Made by a program: the position numbers and the translations under genes. The notes under the pieces are model-generated. The model searched no databases. It was not told the DNA's origin and was given only the letters and a program-made list of their open reading frames with translations. 64,000 nucleotides of DNA, taken from an uncultured Planctomycetota bacterium. Lineage in GTDB: Bacteria > Planctomycetota > Planctomycetia > Isosphaerales > Isosphaeraceae. The stretch is from positions 896,001 to 960,000 of the forward strand of contig CAWGMQ010000006.1 in NCBI GenBank assembly GCA_963823665.1. The letters are read 5' to 3'. Shown here piece by piece: positions 53,578 to 64,000 of this stretch; positions within the stretch are counted from its first letter, which is position 1, and the number at the start of each line of letters is the position of its first letter.

Positions 53578-54793
53578 AACTCCGCCGCGGGGCGCGTTTC
53601 GCCATTCTCATCTGTTCGACGGTGATCGTGAGCTTGCCCGGTTGCGGATCCACTGGGCCGCAGACCGAATACGGCATGAGCCGAGGTGCGAGCTTGAACG
53701 GAACGGCTGCGCTGGCAGAGCTGTTGCGCAGCCGCGGGCACACGGTTCGCGCGGCCGTTCGCCTGACCGAGACTCTGGCTGAGTGGGCAGACGGCATGGT
53801 GCGGTTTGCGCCCTATCCCGGGCCCCCTGAAGCCGACGAGGCCCGATGGCTGACTGCTTGGCTGAATCAAAATCCGGATCGCTGGCTGATCTACGTTGTG
53901 CGCGACTTCGATGCCACGGCAGAGTACTGGACGGCGATCCGAGACGGCTTCGCGGAATCGGGCGACCGCGGTCGGCGAGCCGAGGCGGAGGCAAACCTGA
54001 TCGAGGCGGCGGACTGGGTAGAGAAGCTGCCGAGCAAGCCGTGGAATACCGGCAGGGCCCACGACTGGTTTGCAGTCGAGCGCGGGGCGAGCCCGCCGGA
54101 GGTTTGCACCAAGCTCGAAGGCCCGTGGGCGAAGGATATCGACTCCGCGGGCGCCGAGTTTGGCTGCACGAGGCGATCGTGGCCGACGGCCGCGCAATAC
54201 TGCTCTCCGGGGACGGCAAGCCGCTGGTGGTCGACAAGCGCTTGATCGATGAGCGGAACATTCTGATCGTCGCCAACGGCTCGTTCTTGCTCAACGAAGC
54301 ACTGGTCAATCCGGGGCGCCGGAGCCTGGCGCTTCAGGGTGGCGGAGTGGCCGGTTGGCCGGGAGCAGCACATCGCGTTCGTGGAGGGCTCGTACGTCTT
54401 GATGAGCGAGGAAGTTGGAATGCCTTCCATCTGGGACCTCATGAATCGGTTGCCGCCCATGCGGTGGGTGGGCGGACAGATGTTGCTCGCGGCATTGCTG
54501 GCGGCCTTGGCGCGGCGCCAAGGCTGGGCCGGCCGAGGCCTGACCCACCCTCGGGAGCAGACCGTCCGGCTGCCCATGCCGAGGCGCTCGGGGCCTTGCT
54601 TGCCGCGAGCCGCGCCAGGGCCGAGTCGCTCGACCTGCTGGAACGCTACCGTCTCTGGCGCTGGCCCCACGGGGCGCGCGGGCACGCCCGCGGGTCCGGA
54701 GGAGCCGGGCCATCCCAATGGGCGCCGCCTGAAGTCGGCAGCAGCGCAAAGGCTGGCTCACTCGGTTCTCCGGAACATACAGAAATACATTAA
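53574..54793 (+). CDS. DUF4350-like lipoprotein/membrane protein, several frameshifts
   Basis: SLNGTAALAELL, VANGSFLLNEAL, APRLGRP, HAEALG; operon context. Confidence 0.65.
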
Positions 54794-54855
54794 CTTTGAC
54801 GTAATGATCACTCAGTTATTTTATTGATCGATCGAAGATAGAGGGCGATTCCCGA

Positions 54856-55905
54856 ATGGACGAGTTTCAATTCGAGATCGACGAAACGACCGCCGGAAAG
54901 CCGCCGGAAGGGGCTGCCGCCACGGCGGGAGCCGTGGCACCTGCAAGGGAAGGATCTCAGGTGCTCGGCTGGGCCGATCGGGTCGAAAGCGAGGTCAGCA
55001 AGGTCTTCGTCGGTCAGACGAAGCTGGTGCGCGGTGTTCTGACGGCGCTCCTGGCTGACGGACACGTTCTGTTCGAGAGCGTCCCGGGACTGGGCAAGAC
55101 GCTGCTGGTGCGCGTGCTGGGCCGCGTGCTCGGGTGTGCGTTCAGCCGGATTCAGTTCACACCCGATCTGATGCCATCGGATGTCACCGGCTCGCCGATC
55201 TACGACGAGCGGATTTCCGACTTCCGGTTTCGTCCGGGGCCGGTCTTCACGCAGCTCCTGCTCGCGGATGAGATCAATCGAGCGCCGGCGAAGACCCATT
55301 CGGCCCTGCTCGAGATCATGCAGGAGAGCCGGGTGACGATCGACGGCGTGAGCCATGCCATCGAGCCGCCTTTCCTGGTGATGGCCACTCAGAACCCGAT
55401 CGAGTCGGAAGGAACTTACAACCTTCCCGAGGCACAGCTTGACCGTTTTCTCCTGAAGCTTGTCGTGGACTATCCGAGCCCCGCGGAGGAGATCGACATT
55501 CTCAGGCTGCACACCCGCAGCCAGGCGCCGGACCGGGACATCGCCGCGGAGCTTGCGGTGGTGACGGGCCCTGCGGAGGTTCTGGAGATGCAGCGCCGCG
55601 CTCGCGAGGTGCTGGTCGACGAGCACCTGCTGGGATACATCTCGAGCCTGGTGCGCAAGACTCGCGAGTGGCCCACGTTTTCTCTGGGCGCGTCGCCGCG
55701 TGCGGGTGTGGCGATCTTGCGTGCTGCGCGTGCCGTCGCGGCGCTCGAAGGGCGCAGCTACCTCTTGCCGGACGACATTCAGGACGTGCTATTGCCCTCG
55801 CTGCGTCATCGGGTGATCTTGACGCCCGAGGCCGAGGTGGAGGGGCGCTCTGCGGATGTGCTGCTCACCGAGCTGATCCGATCCGTCGAGGTTCCCTTGC
55901 GATGA
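54856..55905 (+). CDS. moxR: MoxR-family AAA+ ATPase
   Basis: VPGLGKT, RIQFTPDLMPSD, LADEINR, ATQNP, LPEAQLDRF. Confidence 0.95.
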   Translation: MDEFQFEIDETTAGKPPEGAAATAGAVAPAREGSQVLGWADRVESEVSKVFVGQTKLVRGVLTALLADGHVLFESVPGLGKTLLVRVLGRVLGCAFSRIQFTPDLMPSDVTGSPIYDERISDFRFRPGPVFTQLLLADEINRAPAKTHSALLEIMQESRVTIDGVSHAIEPPFLVMATQNPIESEGTYNLPEAQLDRFLLKLVVDYPSPAEEIDILRLHTRSQAPDRDIAAELAVVTGPAEVLEMQRRAREVLVDEHLLGYISSLVRKTREWPTFSLGASPRAGVAILRAARAVAALEGRSYLLPDDIQDVLLPSLRHRVILTPEAEVEGRSADVLLTELIRSVEVPLR

Positions 55906-57224
55906 AGATGATCTGGCCGGGAAGGGCGCTGGGCGTTGCGTTTCTGGTTCCGGCGCTCCTGTCGCTGACTGTGCTGATCAGCGAGGATTTTCTGCCACTT
56001 GTGCTTCTGGTCGACACCGTGGCCGGAGCGCTCGCGGTCTTCGACCTGTTCACGCTCTCCGGGGCGAGCCGGGTTTCGTTCGAGCGGAACCTGAATGCGG
56101 TCTGTTCGCTCGATGAGCCTTGCGCGGTCGAGCTGGTTCTGGAAAACCTGGGGCGATCGCCTCGCTTTCTCACGCTGCGCGACGACGTGCCGGATGAATT
56201 CACGGCGGTGCCAGCGTCGTTCGAGGTCAAGCTTCCCGGCAAGCGGAGAGTGATGCTTGCGTATGAATTCGTACCGAAGAAGCGAGGAACTTATCGTTTC
56301 GAGCGAGTCGACGCGCTGTGCTCGAGCCGGCTGGGATTCTGGCGCTGCCAGGTTTCGTGGCCGCTCTTGACCGAGGTGCGGGTTTACCCTGACATTCACC
56401 AGCTCGGGCGTTACTCGATGCTCGCCCGCCGCGACCACCTGAGTACGATCGGCGTGCGCCGTTCGCGCCGGCTGGGAACTGACAATGAGTTTGAGCGGCT
56501 GCGCGACTACATCGAGGGGGATGATCCGCGGCACATCGACTGGCGAGCGACGGCCCGCCGGAGCAAGCTCACGTGCCGGGCGTTTCAGCTCAATCAGAGC
56601 CAGCGGATCATCTTCTTGATTGATTGCGGGCGACTCATGGCCGGAGATACCGGCGACGGTCTCTCGCCGCTGGATCACGCGTTCAACGCCATGCTGCTGC
56701 TGGCCCACGTCGCGTTCATCCGTGGCGACCAGGTCGGCCTTCTGGCTTTTTCTGACCGGGTGCGTGCGTTCGTCGCGCCCTCCGGCGGGCCCACGAGGAT
56801 CAAACGCCTGGTGCACAGCGTTCACAACGTGTTTCCCGAGATGGTGGAATCGCGGTATGATCGCGCGTTTATCGAACTCGAGAATCGCTGTCGCAAGCGC
56901 TCTCTGGTCGTGCTCATGACCAATCTCTTCGACGACTTGAATGCTCAGCTCGCGGCGACTTATCTGCGCAATGTTCGCGGCCGCCACCTCCCGCTGGCGG
57001 TTTTCCTGCGCGACCACGATCTCTTCGCGCTGGCTGACCGGGCGGGCCCGGAGGGATTGAGCCTGTACCAGGGCGCGGGGGCCGCGGCGATGCTCAACTG
57101 GCGTGAGCGTGTGCTCTCCGGCCTGCGGCAGGCCGGAGTGTTGACCATCGATGCATTTCCGGAGGAGCTCACCGCGGAGCTCGTCAATCGCTATCTCGAG
57201 ATCAAGGCGCGACACCTGCTCTGA
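55902..57224 (+). CDS. DUF58 domain protein
   Basis: EFERLRDY..GDD.RHIDWRATAR, IDCGRLM. Confidence 0.92.
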   Translation: MKMIWPGRALGVAFLVPALLSLTVLISEDFLPLVLLVDTVAGALAVFDLFTLSGASRVSFERNLNAVCSLDEPCAVELVLENLGRSPRFLTLRDDVPDEFTAVPASFEVKLPGKRRVMLAYEFVPKKRGTYRFERVDALCSSRLGFWRCQVSWPLLTEVRVYPDIHQLGRYSMLARRDHLSTIGVRRSRRLGTDNEFERLRDYIEGDDPRHIDWRATARRSKLTCRAFQLNQSQRIIFLIDCGRLMAGDTGDGLSPLDHAFNAMLLLAHVAFIRGDQVGLLAFSDRVRAFVAPSGGPTRIKRLVHSVHNVFPEMVESRYDRAFIELENRCRKRSLVVLMTNLFDDLNAQLAATYLRNVRGRHLPLAVFLRDHDLFALADRAGPEGLSLYQGAGAAAMLNWRERVLSGLRQAGVLTIDAFPEELTAELVNRYLEIKARHLL

Positions 57225-57228
57225 CCGC

Positions 57229-57804
57229 TTACCGCGCGGCCGCGAGCTTTTCCATGAACTCCACTACGCGCGGCTCGTGCCAGTCGGCCGATCCGACTTC
57301 GGTGGCGGCGATCCGGCCATCGGCCGTGATCAGAAAGGTGGCCGGGATGCCTTCCGACCAGAATACATGTGGGATCTTTTTGTCTTTGACTCGCAGGAAC
57401 GTCATACCGAAGTTCTTGCCTTTCAAGTACTGGCGGACAGTCTCGGCGTCGTCATCGACCGAAATGCAGACAAACTCGATCGATTTTCCGGCGAGGCGGG
57501 GATCACGCGCCAGCGTGTCGATCGATGGCATCTCGCGCACGCACGGGCCGCACCAGGTGGCCCAGAAATTGAGGAAGACAGGCTTGCCTTTGAACTTGGA
57601 GAAAGCGACGGGCTGGTCGTCCAGGTCGAGCGCGCTCCAGTCATAGGTGGCGGGCTCGCTCATGCCGGAGTCTTCGAGCCTGGCGCTGCGCTTGGGCCCG
57701 AAAAACGTCAGATAGCCGAACCAGAACACGAAGAGACCAATGGCCGCGTATAACAGGATTCGATATGGGTTGCCTGCCTTTCCAGGCGGCGGCGAAGGAT
57801 CCAT
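57229..57804 (-). CDS. TlpA-family thiol-disulfide oxidoreductase
   Basis: NFWATWCGPC, GIPATF. Confidence 0.92.
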   Translation of the reverse strand: MDPSPPPGKAGNPYRILLYAAIGLFVFWFGYLTFFGPKRSARLEDSGMSEPATYDWSALDLDDQPVAFSKFKGKPVFLNFWATWCGPCVREMPSIDTLARDPRLAGKSIEFVCISVDDDAETVRQYLKGKNFGMTFLRVKDKKIPHVFWSEGIPATFLITADGRIAATEVGSADWHEPRVVEFMEKLAAAR

Positions 57805-57828
57805 GTGCAGCCTCCAACAACGATGCCA

Positions 57829-60800
57829 TCAATCCGTGCCACGCGTTTCCGCCACCGGCGCCAGCAAGTTGTCGACGGGGGCGTAGTCGTCGGTGAGAAT
57901 GATGTTGCGCGACCTCAGGTCGATGGCCTTTTCGTCCGCTGCGCTATAGGGCTCGCACAACGTCAACTTGCCGTACTTGTAGAACTTGGGGTCATCGACG
58001 CGTTTGCCGAGCTCATCGAGGTCGAGCTTCTGGTTCGACGCAACCACGACGAATGTCTCACGCGAGCCTTTGCCCGGCACATCGTCAGTCCCGAAGATAT
58101 ACACATGATCGAAGGTTTTCTTTGCGGTGCGCACCCAGGCGCCGACGAACCCGCCGAAGCGATATGCGGCGGCCTTCGAGTCGGCGCGGATTCTCTTCTT
58201 CCTGGCATCGGTCTGTTCGCTGGTTTTGAGCTTGTCGATCTCGGATTCGGCTTTCTCATCGGCTCGCTCGTCGGATTCGTAGGCGTCAATGATATTGATC
58301 ATGTAGACGCCTGTGGGTGTCATCATTTTCTTGAGCTTTTCGTTGAATTCGAGCGTGGTCAAGTGCCAGGGAACCGAGAAGTCGTTGAATGCGTCGCCGA
58401 AGATCAAGTCGTATTTCTTGGTGTCCTGGTGCAGTTCCACGAACTGGCGTGCATCGCCCCAGTAGGTCTGGATGGTTGTGTCGCGGGGCAGGCCGGTGGC
58501 CTCGAAGTTGGCGCGGGTGACGTTGGGATCGATTTCCGCGACGTCGACCGCCGTGCCGGGATAGGCATACTGCATGTGCCGCTGGAAACAGTAAGCACCG
58601 CCGCCCAGGAACAGCGTTTTCAAGCCCGAGTTCGCCACGTTGGGGAGCACCGAGCCGTTCTCGGGTGTTTCCTCGGGCATCAGCTTATCGAGATCGCTCG
58701 AGCGCAGATCCGGCTTGACGGCCTTCTTCTCCTTAGTGAGATCGTCCTGGGCGACGTCCTGGGGGGCCACCGGCTTCCCCTTGCCGCCGTCGGGGGCACC
58801 CACCTGGATGCTCCGGAGCCCTCCTCCGGGCGCGGCCGATTTCGGGCTCTCGGTCGGCCCTTCGGATTTCTTCTTGGCGTCGTTCTTCTCTTCGATGGGA
58901 GGCCCGTCCTTTTTCGCGCCGGCGCGACGACCTGGGGGATCACCGTATTTTTGGGGGCCGCTTTAGCGGTTTCTGCGGGCTCGGCCATGGTCAGCTTGCC
59001 GCTGGCCTTGGCTGCGCGATAGGCCACCATTGCATAAATATGTTCATAATCGTAGTCGAGCCGCTCGGGGTGGCCCAGCACGAAGTAGCCGTGAATCAGA
59101 TTGTCGAGAACGAGCGTGCGCATGATCAGCTCGCCATTGTCGACGCGTTTGTTTTCGATCTTGATGAAGTAGTAGTTGCTCTCGTCGATCCAGGCGTACT
59201 TGCCCTGGTTCTCGAGGTCAGCCTGGTCCTCGCGAATTCCCATCTTCTGTCCGAGCTCTTCGAATCGCTTACCGTCGGCGATCGGCAGGAACCGGCCGAT
59301 GGTGCTGTCGACGAGCCAGGGCGGCGTGAACGCCAGCGCGCAGAGCCCGAGCGGAATGCCCGCCCAGATCGCGTGCCAGGTGGGGCCGAAGAAGGTCGCG
59401 CAGAACGCCAGCAATGTACCCAGAACGAGAATCACGCCCTTGGTGCCCAGAAAGTTGATCATGACGAAACCGGTCAGGAATGTGCCGATGATGCTGCCGA
59501 CCATCCCCCAGGCATAGACCTCGCCGATCGCGGTGCCGGTGCGGCGGAACTGTTTCAGGCGGTCGACTGCCAGCTTGGCGACGACGGGGCTGACCGTGCC
59601 CATCGTGACCGCGGGGCAGAAGAACACCAGGGTGACCAGGAACAGAATCCGGTAGGGCCAGGAAAGCGAAATCGCCACCGGCCCGAGTTTGAGCGTCGAG
59701 AGCTCGTTGGCCTGCTGAAGCACCGACTCTTGCTTCCCGCCGAAGAGCATATCGGCCAGGACTTCCGGCTGTGTGTCCATCGGAATGACGAACAACGTGA
59801 CGACCGACGCCGCCAGGAACAGCCAGCTCGCCTGTTTCTCGTTCTTGACGAAATCAGCGATCTTGCCCCCGAGGAAATTGCCCAGGCTGAGCCCGGCGAG
59901 CAAGACGCCGATCACACTCGTCCAGCCGTAGATGCTCGAGCCCATGTACCGCTGCACCAACCTGCCGGCAACCATCTCGAACGACATGAACACCAGGCTG
60001 GCAACGAACGCCAGGAACGCCAGATCGGCCAGGCTCGGCCGCGGCTTCTCCGTTCCGACGTCGTCGGCGGCAAGCTTCGGGCTCTTCGATCTGGGCTCGG
60101 GCACTGGAGCGGCGCTTCGTGCCGCCAGCAAGCCCTTGGCTCCCAGCAAGCCGAGCACACAACCGGCCAGATTTCCGAGCAGGGCCACGTAGTTGATCTG
60201 GTAAGAGCCGAGGTTCACCGCGCCCATGCTGGGGTTGCCCAGCATCGACAGGATCGAGCCGGCGAGCAGCAAGACTGCGGTCGCGAGCCCGACCACAAGC
60301 CCGGCGAGGTCGCTCATGAGCACGCCGGCCAGGGCCGCGAGTGCCGCGGCGACAATCAGCACGATCACCGATGAGGGAGCCAAATAGATGAGCACAAAAC
60401 CACAAAAAAATGTGCCGATGATCGAGCCCACGGCCCCGAAAAAGTACACGTCGCCGATTGCACTGCCGGCCTTCCTCGACTGCTCAACGGCGATCTTGGC
60501 GACGACTGGCCCGACCATTCCCAGCACCGTCGCGGGAATCAGAAAGACCAGGGAGACGACCATTACGGTGCGCAACTCCCAGGGGATGCCCAGGCTGCTC
60601 GGCAACAGAATTCCCACGAAGGCGTTCATCCAGAGGGTGAGGATCGTCAGGAACGCGCCCAAGGCGAAAAGCGGTCCCACCGCCCGGCGCGGGTCGGCGC
60701 GGTCGGCCAGGCGCCCTCCCAGGACGTTGCCCAGACAGATGCCGCCCAGGATGATCCCGATCACGCTGGTCCAGACCGTGAGCGACGCGCCGACGTGCTG

Positions 60801-60899
60801 CGCGACCAGGCGGCTCGAGACCAGCTCGAGAGTCATGATGCAAAGGCTGCTGAAGAACGCCAGAGCATATGGCAGCAGCCGGTTGGCAGAACCTAGCAT
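57829..60899 (-). CDS. Fused MFS-like/spermidine synthase protein, frameshift near 58950
   Basis: Duplicated TM modules (E.V..R...G.S...WTSVIG); LGGGAY, EIDP, GDAR, YDLIFGDAF, LTDDYAPV. Confidence 0.88.
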
Positions 60900-61133
60900 G
60901 GAACGAACACTCCCAGTTTCTCCGACGGGCGGCATGGGCGAACGGAAACCCTTGGCGGGTAAACCACTCGAAACGATCAGGTACACCATATCCGACGTGA
61001 GTGCATCCCGACAACGGGGCACTTTTTCCCCGTCAGTCGGTTGCTCCAGGGCGTTCCTCCGGCAAAATATTAGGTCGAAGGCGTGAACGCATCTGGACTG
61101 ACTTCCAACCACTGACAATTAACAATTCGACAA

Positions 61134-62078
61134 ATGATCCTCTGTGTTACTTTGAACCCCTGCCTGGACAAGACGCTGACCGTTCCCGCCTGGCGACCGG
61201 GCGACCTGGTGCGGGGAACGGCCGTGCGTGAAGTGGTTGGCGGCAAGGGCAACAACGTCGCTCGAGCGCTCCACGCTCTTGCGCGGCAATCGCGCCCCGT
61301 CACGTTTTTCGGCGGCTCGGTGGGCAGTTATTGTGAACGACTGCTGCGATCCGACGACGGCTTCGAGCCCATCGTCGTGCCCACCGAGTCGCCGACGCGG
61401 GTGATCTTGACCCTGCGAACCGGGGCGACGTCCGAGCAGACCGCGTTCTTCGACCCCAATCCGGCGGTCACGTTCGAAGAGGCCGAAGCACTTGCGGCAT
61501 GCGTTCTTCGCGAGCTCGCCTGTGGGGCCATCGACGCGCTTTGCCTGTCCGGCTCGAGTCCCGCCCAGGCGACGCACGGCCTCTATTCTGACTTGATCGC
61601 GATGGCGCTGGCGCGAAGCATTCCGGTTTATCTTGACACCTATGGACCAGCACTCACGGCGATCTGGGGCTTCTGGCCAACCGTCATTCAACTCAATCGC
61701 CGCGAGGCTGCTCTGCACCTGCGCAACCCGGGGCTTCCGATCGCGATGTGGCCGCTTTGCTGGAGGAATGGAGTCGGCGTGGCGTGCTCTGCGCGGTGGT
61801 CACTGACGGGCCTAACCCGGTTTCGATCCTCCATCGCGGGCAAGAAATACCGCGCGGTTCCGCCGCGAATCAACCCGGTCAATCCGATCGGATCAGGCGA
61901 CTGCATGCTTGCCGGCCTCGTCGATGGCTGGCTGAGCGGCCTCGAGCCTGAGCCGCTCTTTCGACATGCCGTCGCCTGTGCTGTCGCCAATGCACTTGTC
62001 TGGGACGCAGGAGCGATCGAGATCACCGAGGTCGCCCGATGGCGAGACCAGGTGGTCGTGGAGTCGCTGGGCCAATGA
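61134..62078 (+). CDS. 1-phosphofructokinase-family (PfkB) hexose kinase
   Basis: VTLNPCLD, GGKGNNVA, NPIGSGD; probable compensating frameshifts at about 61740-61835. Confidence 0.88.
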   Translation: MILCVTLNPCLDKTLTVPAWRPGDLVRGTAVREVVGGKGNNVARALHALARQSRPVTFFGGSVGSYCERLLRSDDGFEPIVVPTESPTRVILTLRTGATSEQTAFFDPNPAVTFEEAEALAACVLRELACGAIDALCLSGSSPAQATHGLYSDLIAMALARSIPVYLDTYGPALTAIWGFWPTVIQLNRREAALHLRNPGLPIAMWPLCWRNGVGVACSARWSLTGLTRFRSSIAGKKYRAVPPRINPVNPIGSGDCMLAGLVDGWLSGLEPEPLFRHAVACAVANALVWDAGAIEITEVARWRDQVVVESLGQ

Positions 62079-62102
62079 GCGATCAGATCGCTGGGAATTC
62101 GA

Positions 62103-64000
62103 TCACTGCAGTCCGCGACTGGATGCCTTTGCCGGAGCCGCCGCTTTTTCCGCCTTCTCCGGCTGCTTGGTGTTCTTTAAATCCTTGAGCTCCTCGAGCA
62201 GGCTTTGCGTGAGCTTGGAGAGCGATTGGATGAGCTCCCTGTTCTGTTTAGCCTCCTCGGTCTGCGCTGCCGTGGGCGCTGGCGTACCACCCGTCACATC
62301 GTGGACCAATTGCAGATCGTGGATCTCCTTCTGGGTCTTGATGATCTCGGCCAGCTCTTTCATTTCGTCCAGCGTCAGCTCGCCTCGCTCGGCCTTTTCG
62401 AGCTGCTCCATGTGCGGAGAGGGTGCGGGCATGGAGGGCGGCAAGGAGCTGTTCTGGGCCGACTCGAGCGACGTGATGTAGAGCATCCCATCCACGATGA
62501 AGTACCCGAGATCGAGCTGTGAAAGAGCCAGTTGCAGCGTACGGCGCAGCGGAACACCGTCCAGCTCCAGGTTGCGGATGGGCGAAGACATGGTCTTGTC
62601 GGCCTCGGCCAGGGCAATTGGGTCGACATAGATGGGAATGCCCGACGGCATGTCGGACGACTTGGTCGAGGCCTTGATATGTTTGATGACGTCCTCGAGC
62701 GGAGTTTCGTCAGTGAATTTCATGATGACCGGCTCTTCAAGCTTGCCGATGATCAGCCGGGATCGCGGGTCCTGTCCCAGCCGTGGCGTGGTCTTGAGTG
62801 AGGATCCGGCGTCGACGGCGGCACGGTCGCTGCTGCCACGCGGCGACCCGTCGGCGGGCTTTGCCGTGAGCGATTTCCCCGTTGAGCGGAACTTGACCGC
62901 CGCCCGCGCCCGCCAGAGCTCCGCCTCCGCCGAGTACGCGTTTACGAGGGAAACCTGGCTCTCCGATCGTGATGGATTGGCATGCTGGATTCGCGCCACG
63001 TCGCGCATCCGTTCCGCGTGGGCGCTCGCCGCGGCCTGGTCGCCCACCGAGCCCTTCCCGTCCTCCTCCGCGGCCATTAGCCGTAGCGACGCCTGGTATA
63101 TCCGTTCGAGCGGAGCCTTGTTCGCGCGGAAATCTTCGAGCGCTGCCGTCCAGTCGCGCTTGGCGGCTTGCATGAGTCGACTGCGAAGATCTTCAAGCTC
63201 CGCGCTGGCGGCATCAGGCGTTTTCACACCTTCGACGGGTTGGTTGGTGGAATCAGAATCATCCGGGTCCAGGCGGTTGTCCACGAGAGTGGGATTCCTT
63301 GCCGGAGAGTTCGGCCGAGCGGGCGAGCTGGGTTGTCGCGCCACCTCCCCACCTGGTTGTCGCGCCATGACGGCCGCACCGGCAAGCGTTACACCCACCG
63401 TAAGAACGGCAAGTCCTGCCCATTTCACTTTTTCAACGATCATGGCCGACAGAGCTCCTTTGACGAGAGAGGCAATCGAAATGGAGACGGCATCGACAGA
63501 GATTTGTCCCAACGTGACTTTCATGCAGTTGCTCACGGTCTGCACGAAGATCGTGCGGTCAATCGCCGCACAAGATTCGCGAGCGATCGAAGACCCCACC
63601 AGCGCGACTGCCGGGGCGATGCCCCGCCGCACCAAGCGGCCTCGTAACAGGTCTCGCGCCCGGGAAAGTCTTCCTTTGACGCTTCCCACCGGCCACTCGA
63701 GCTGCCGGGCCGCTTCTTCGTGCGTGAGGCCTTGCACGTAGCAGAGCACGATCGGCGCGCGGTACTTTTCTGGAAGGCGGTTCAGTTCCTGGTCGACGAC
63801 CGCCGCCAGCTCCGCGTCTGGCTCGGTCGCAGCACGAAAAACGTTGAGCTCGCCGCCGGCCAGCTCGACTCGGCGCCGCCGCGCTGCCAGGGCACGGGCC
63901 CGCATGGATACGCGTGTGGCCACGCCGTGGAGCCACGGCCCGATGGCGTCGCGCGGCCCCAGTGAGCGGGCACGGCGCACCAGCACCATGAAAGTCGCCT
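62103..64000 (-). CDS. Extended ECF sigma factor, 5' end outside the window
   Basis: ATFMVLVRRA, WLHGVA, LPEKYRAPIVLCY.QGLTHEEAA, GSVKGRLSRAR. Confidence 0.9.
   Translation of the reverse strand, partial: ATFMVLVRRARSLGPRDAIGPWLHGVATRVSMRARALAARRRRVELAGGELNVFRAATEPDAELAAVVDQELNRLPEKYRAPIVLCYVQGLTHEEAARQLEWPVGSVKGRLSRARDLLRGRLVRRGIAPAVALVGSSIARESCAAIDRTIFVQTVSNCMKVTLGQISVDAVSISIASLVKGALSAMIVEKVKWAGLAVLTVGVTLAGAAVMARQPGGEVARQPSSPARPNSPARNPTLVDNRLDPDDSDSTNQPVEGVKTPDAASAELEDLRSRLMQAAKRDWTAALEDFRANKAPLERIYQASLRLMAAEEDGKGSVGDQAAASAHAERMRDVARIQHANPSRSESQVSLVNAYSAEAELWRARAAVKFRSTGKSLTAKPADGSPRGSSDRAAVDAGSSLKTTPRLGQDPRSRLIIGKLEEPVIMKFTDETPLEDVIKHIKASTKSSDMPSGIPIYVDPIALAEADKTMSSPIRNLELDGVPLRRTLQLALSQLDLGYFIVDGMLYITSLESAQNSSLPPSMPAPSPHMEQLEKAERGELTLDEMKELAEIIKTQKEIHDLQLVHDVTGGTPAPTAAQTEEAKQNRELIQSLSKLTQSLLEELKDLKNTKQPEKAEKAAAPAKASSRGLQ

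Noticed and set aside
55806..60374. Long antisense ORFs (e.g. 55806-57215, 57805-59022, 59040-60374)
   Set aside because: Shadows of real genes on the opposite strand, expected in high-GC DNA.
439..62078. Frameshifts in the kinase fusion, DUF1559, SIR2-GT4, RND, trpE, DUF4350, spermidine synthase fusion and PfkB genes as programmed frameshifting or mass pseudogenisation
   Set aside because: They are isolated single-base shifts, even in conserved genes such as trpE, with otherwise intact motifs. Long-read consensus error is the simpler explanation; raw reads are needed.

Overview
GC-rich bacterial DNA, most likely from a Planctomycetota (Isosphaeraceae-like) genome. The inference rests on extended ECF sigma factors, a DUF1559 protein, an LExRxLLS secreted protein and a kinase-ATPase-FGE fusion. 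About 50-64 kb is ordinary core-like DNA: trpE, a DUF4129/DUF4350/MoxR/DUF58 operon, TlpA, an MFS-spermidine synthase fusion, a PfkB kinase and an ECF sigma factor. About 5-49 kb is an accessory patchwork. The main signal is at 14.8-27.4 kb. Five co-oriented copies of a ~150-bp hairpin element with ~19-bp imperfect terminal inverted repeats separate short genes and gene fragments, like a cassette array. These elements are the homing target of a community of group II introns. One RT-encoding intron and two apparently identical 732-nt ORF-less mosaic introns insert in the right arm (EBS1 AGACAC). A further ORF-less intron sits in the left arm (EBS1 TGTCTG). An RT-HNH intron has homed just after domain V of that intron, splitting its domain VI, with matching EBS1 and EBS2 (a twintron). 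Also present: an IS110 element with a probable bridge-RNA region, a SIR2-glycosyltransferase fusion (candidate defence gene), a large-partner/PIN pair, two toxin-antitoxin loci with internally deleted toxins, REP-associated transposase remnants and several small repeat families. Many genes carry isolated frameshifts that are probably sequencing errors. All calls come from reading the sequence by eye; no searches were run.
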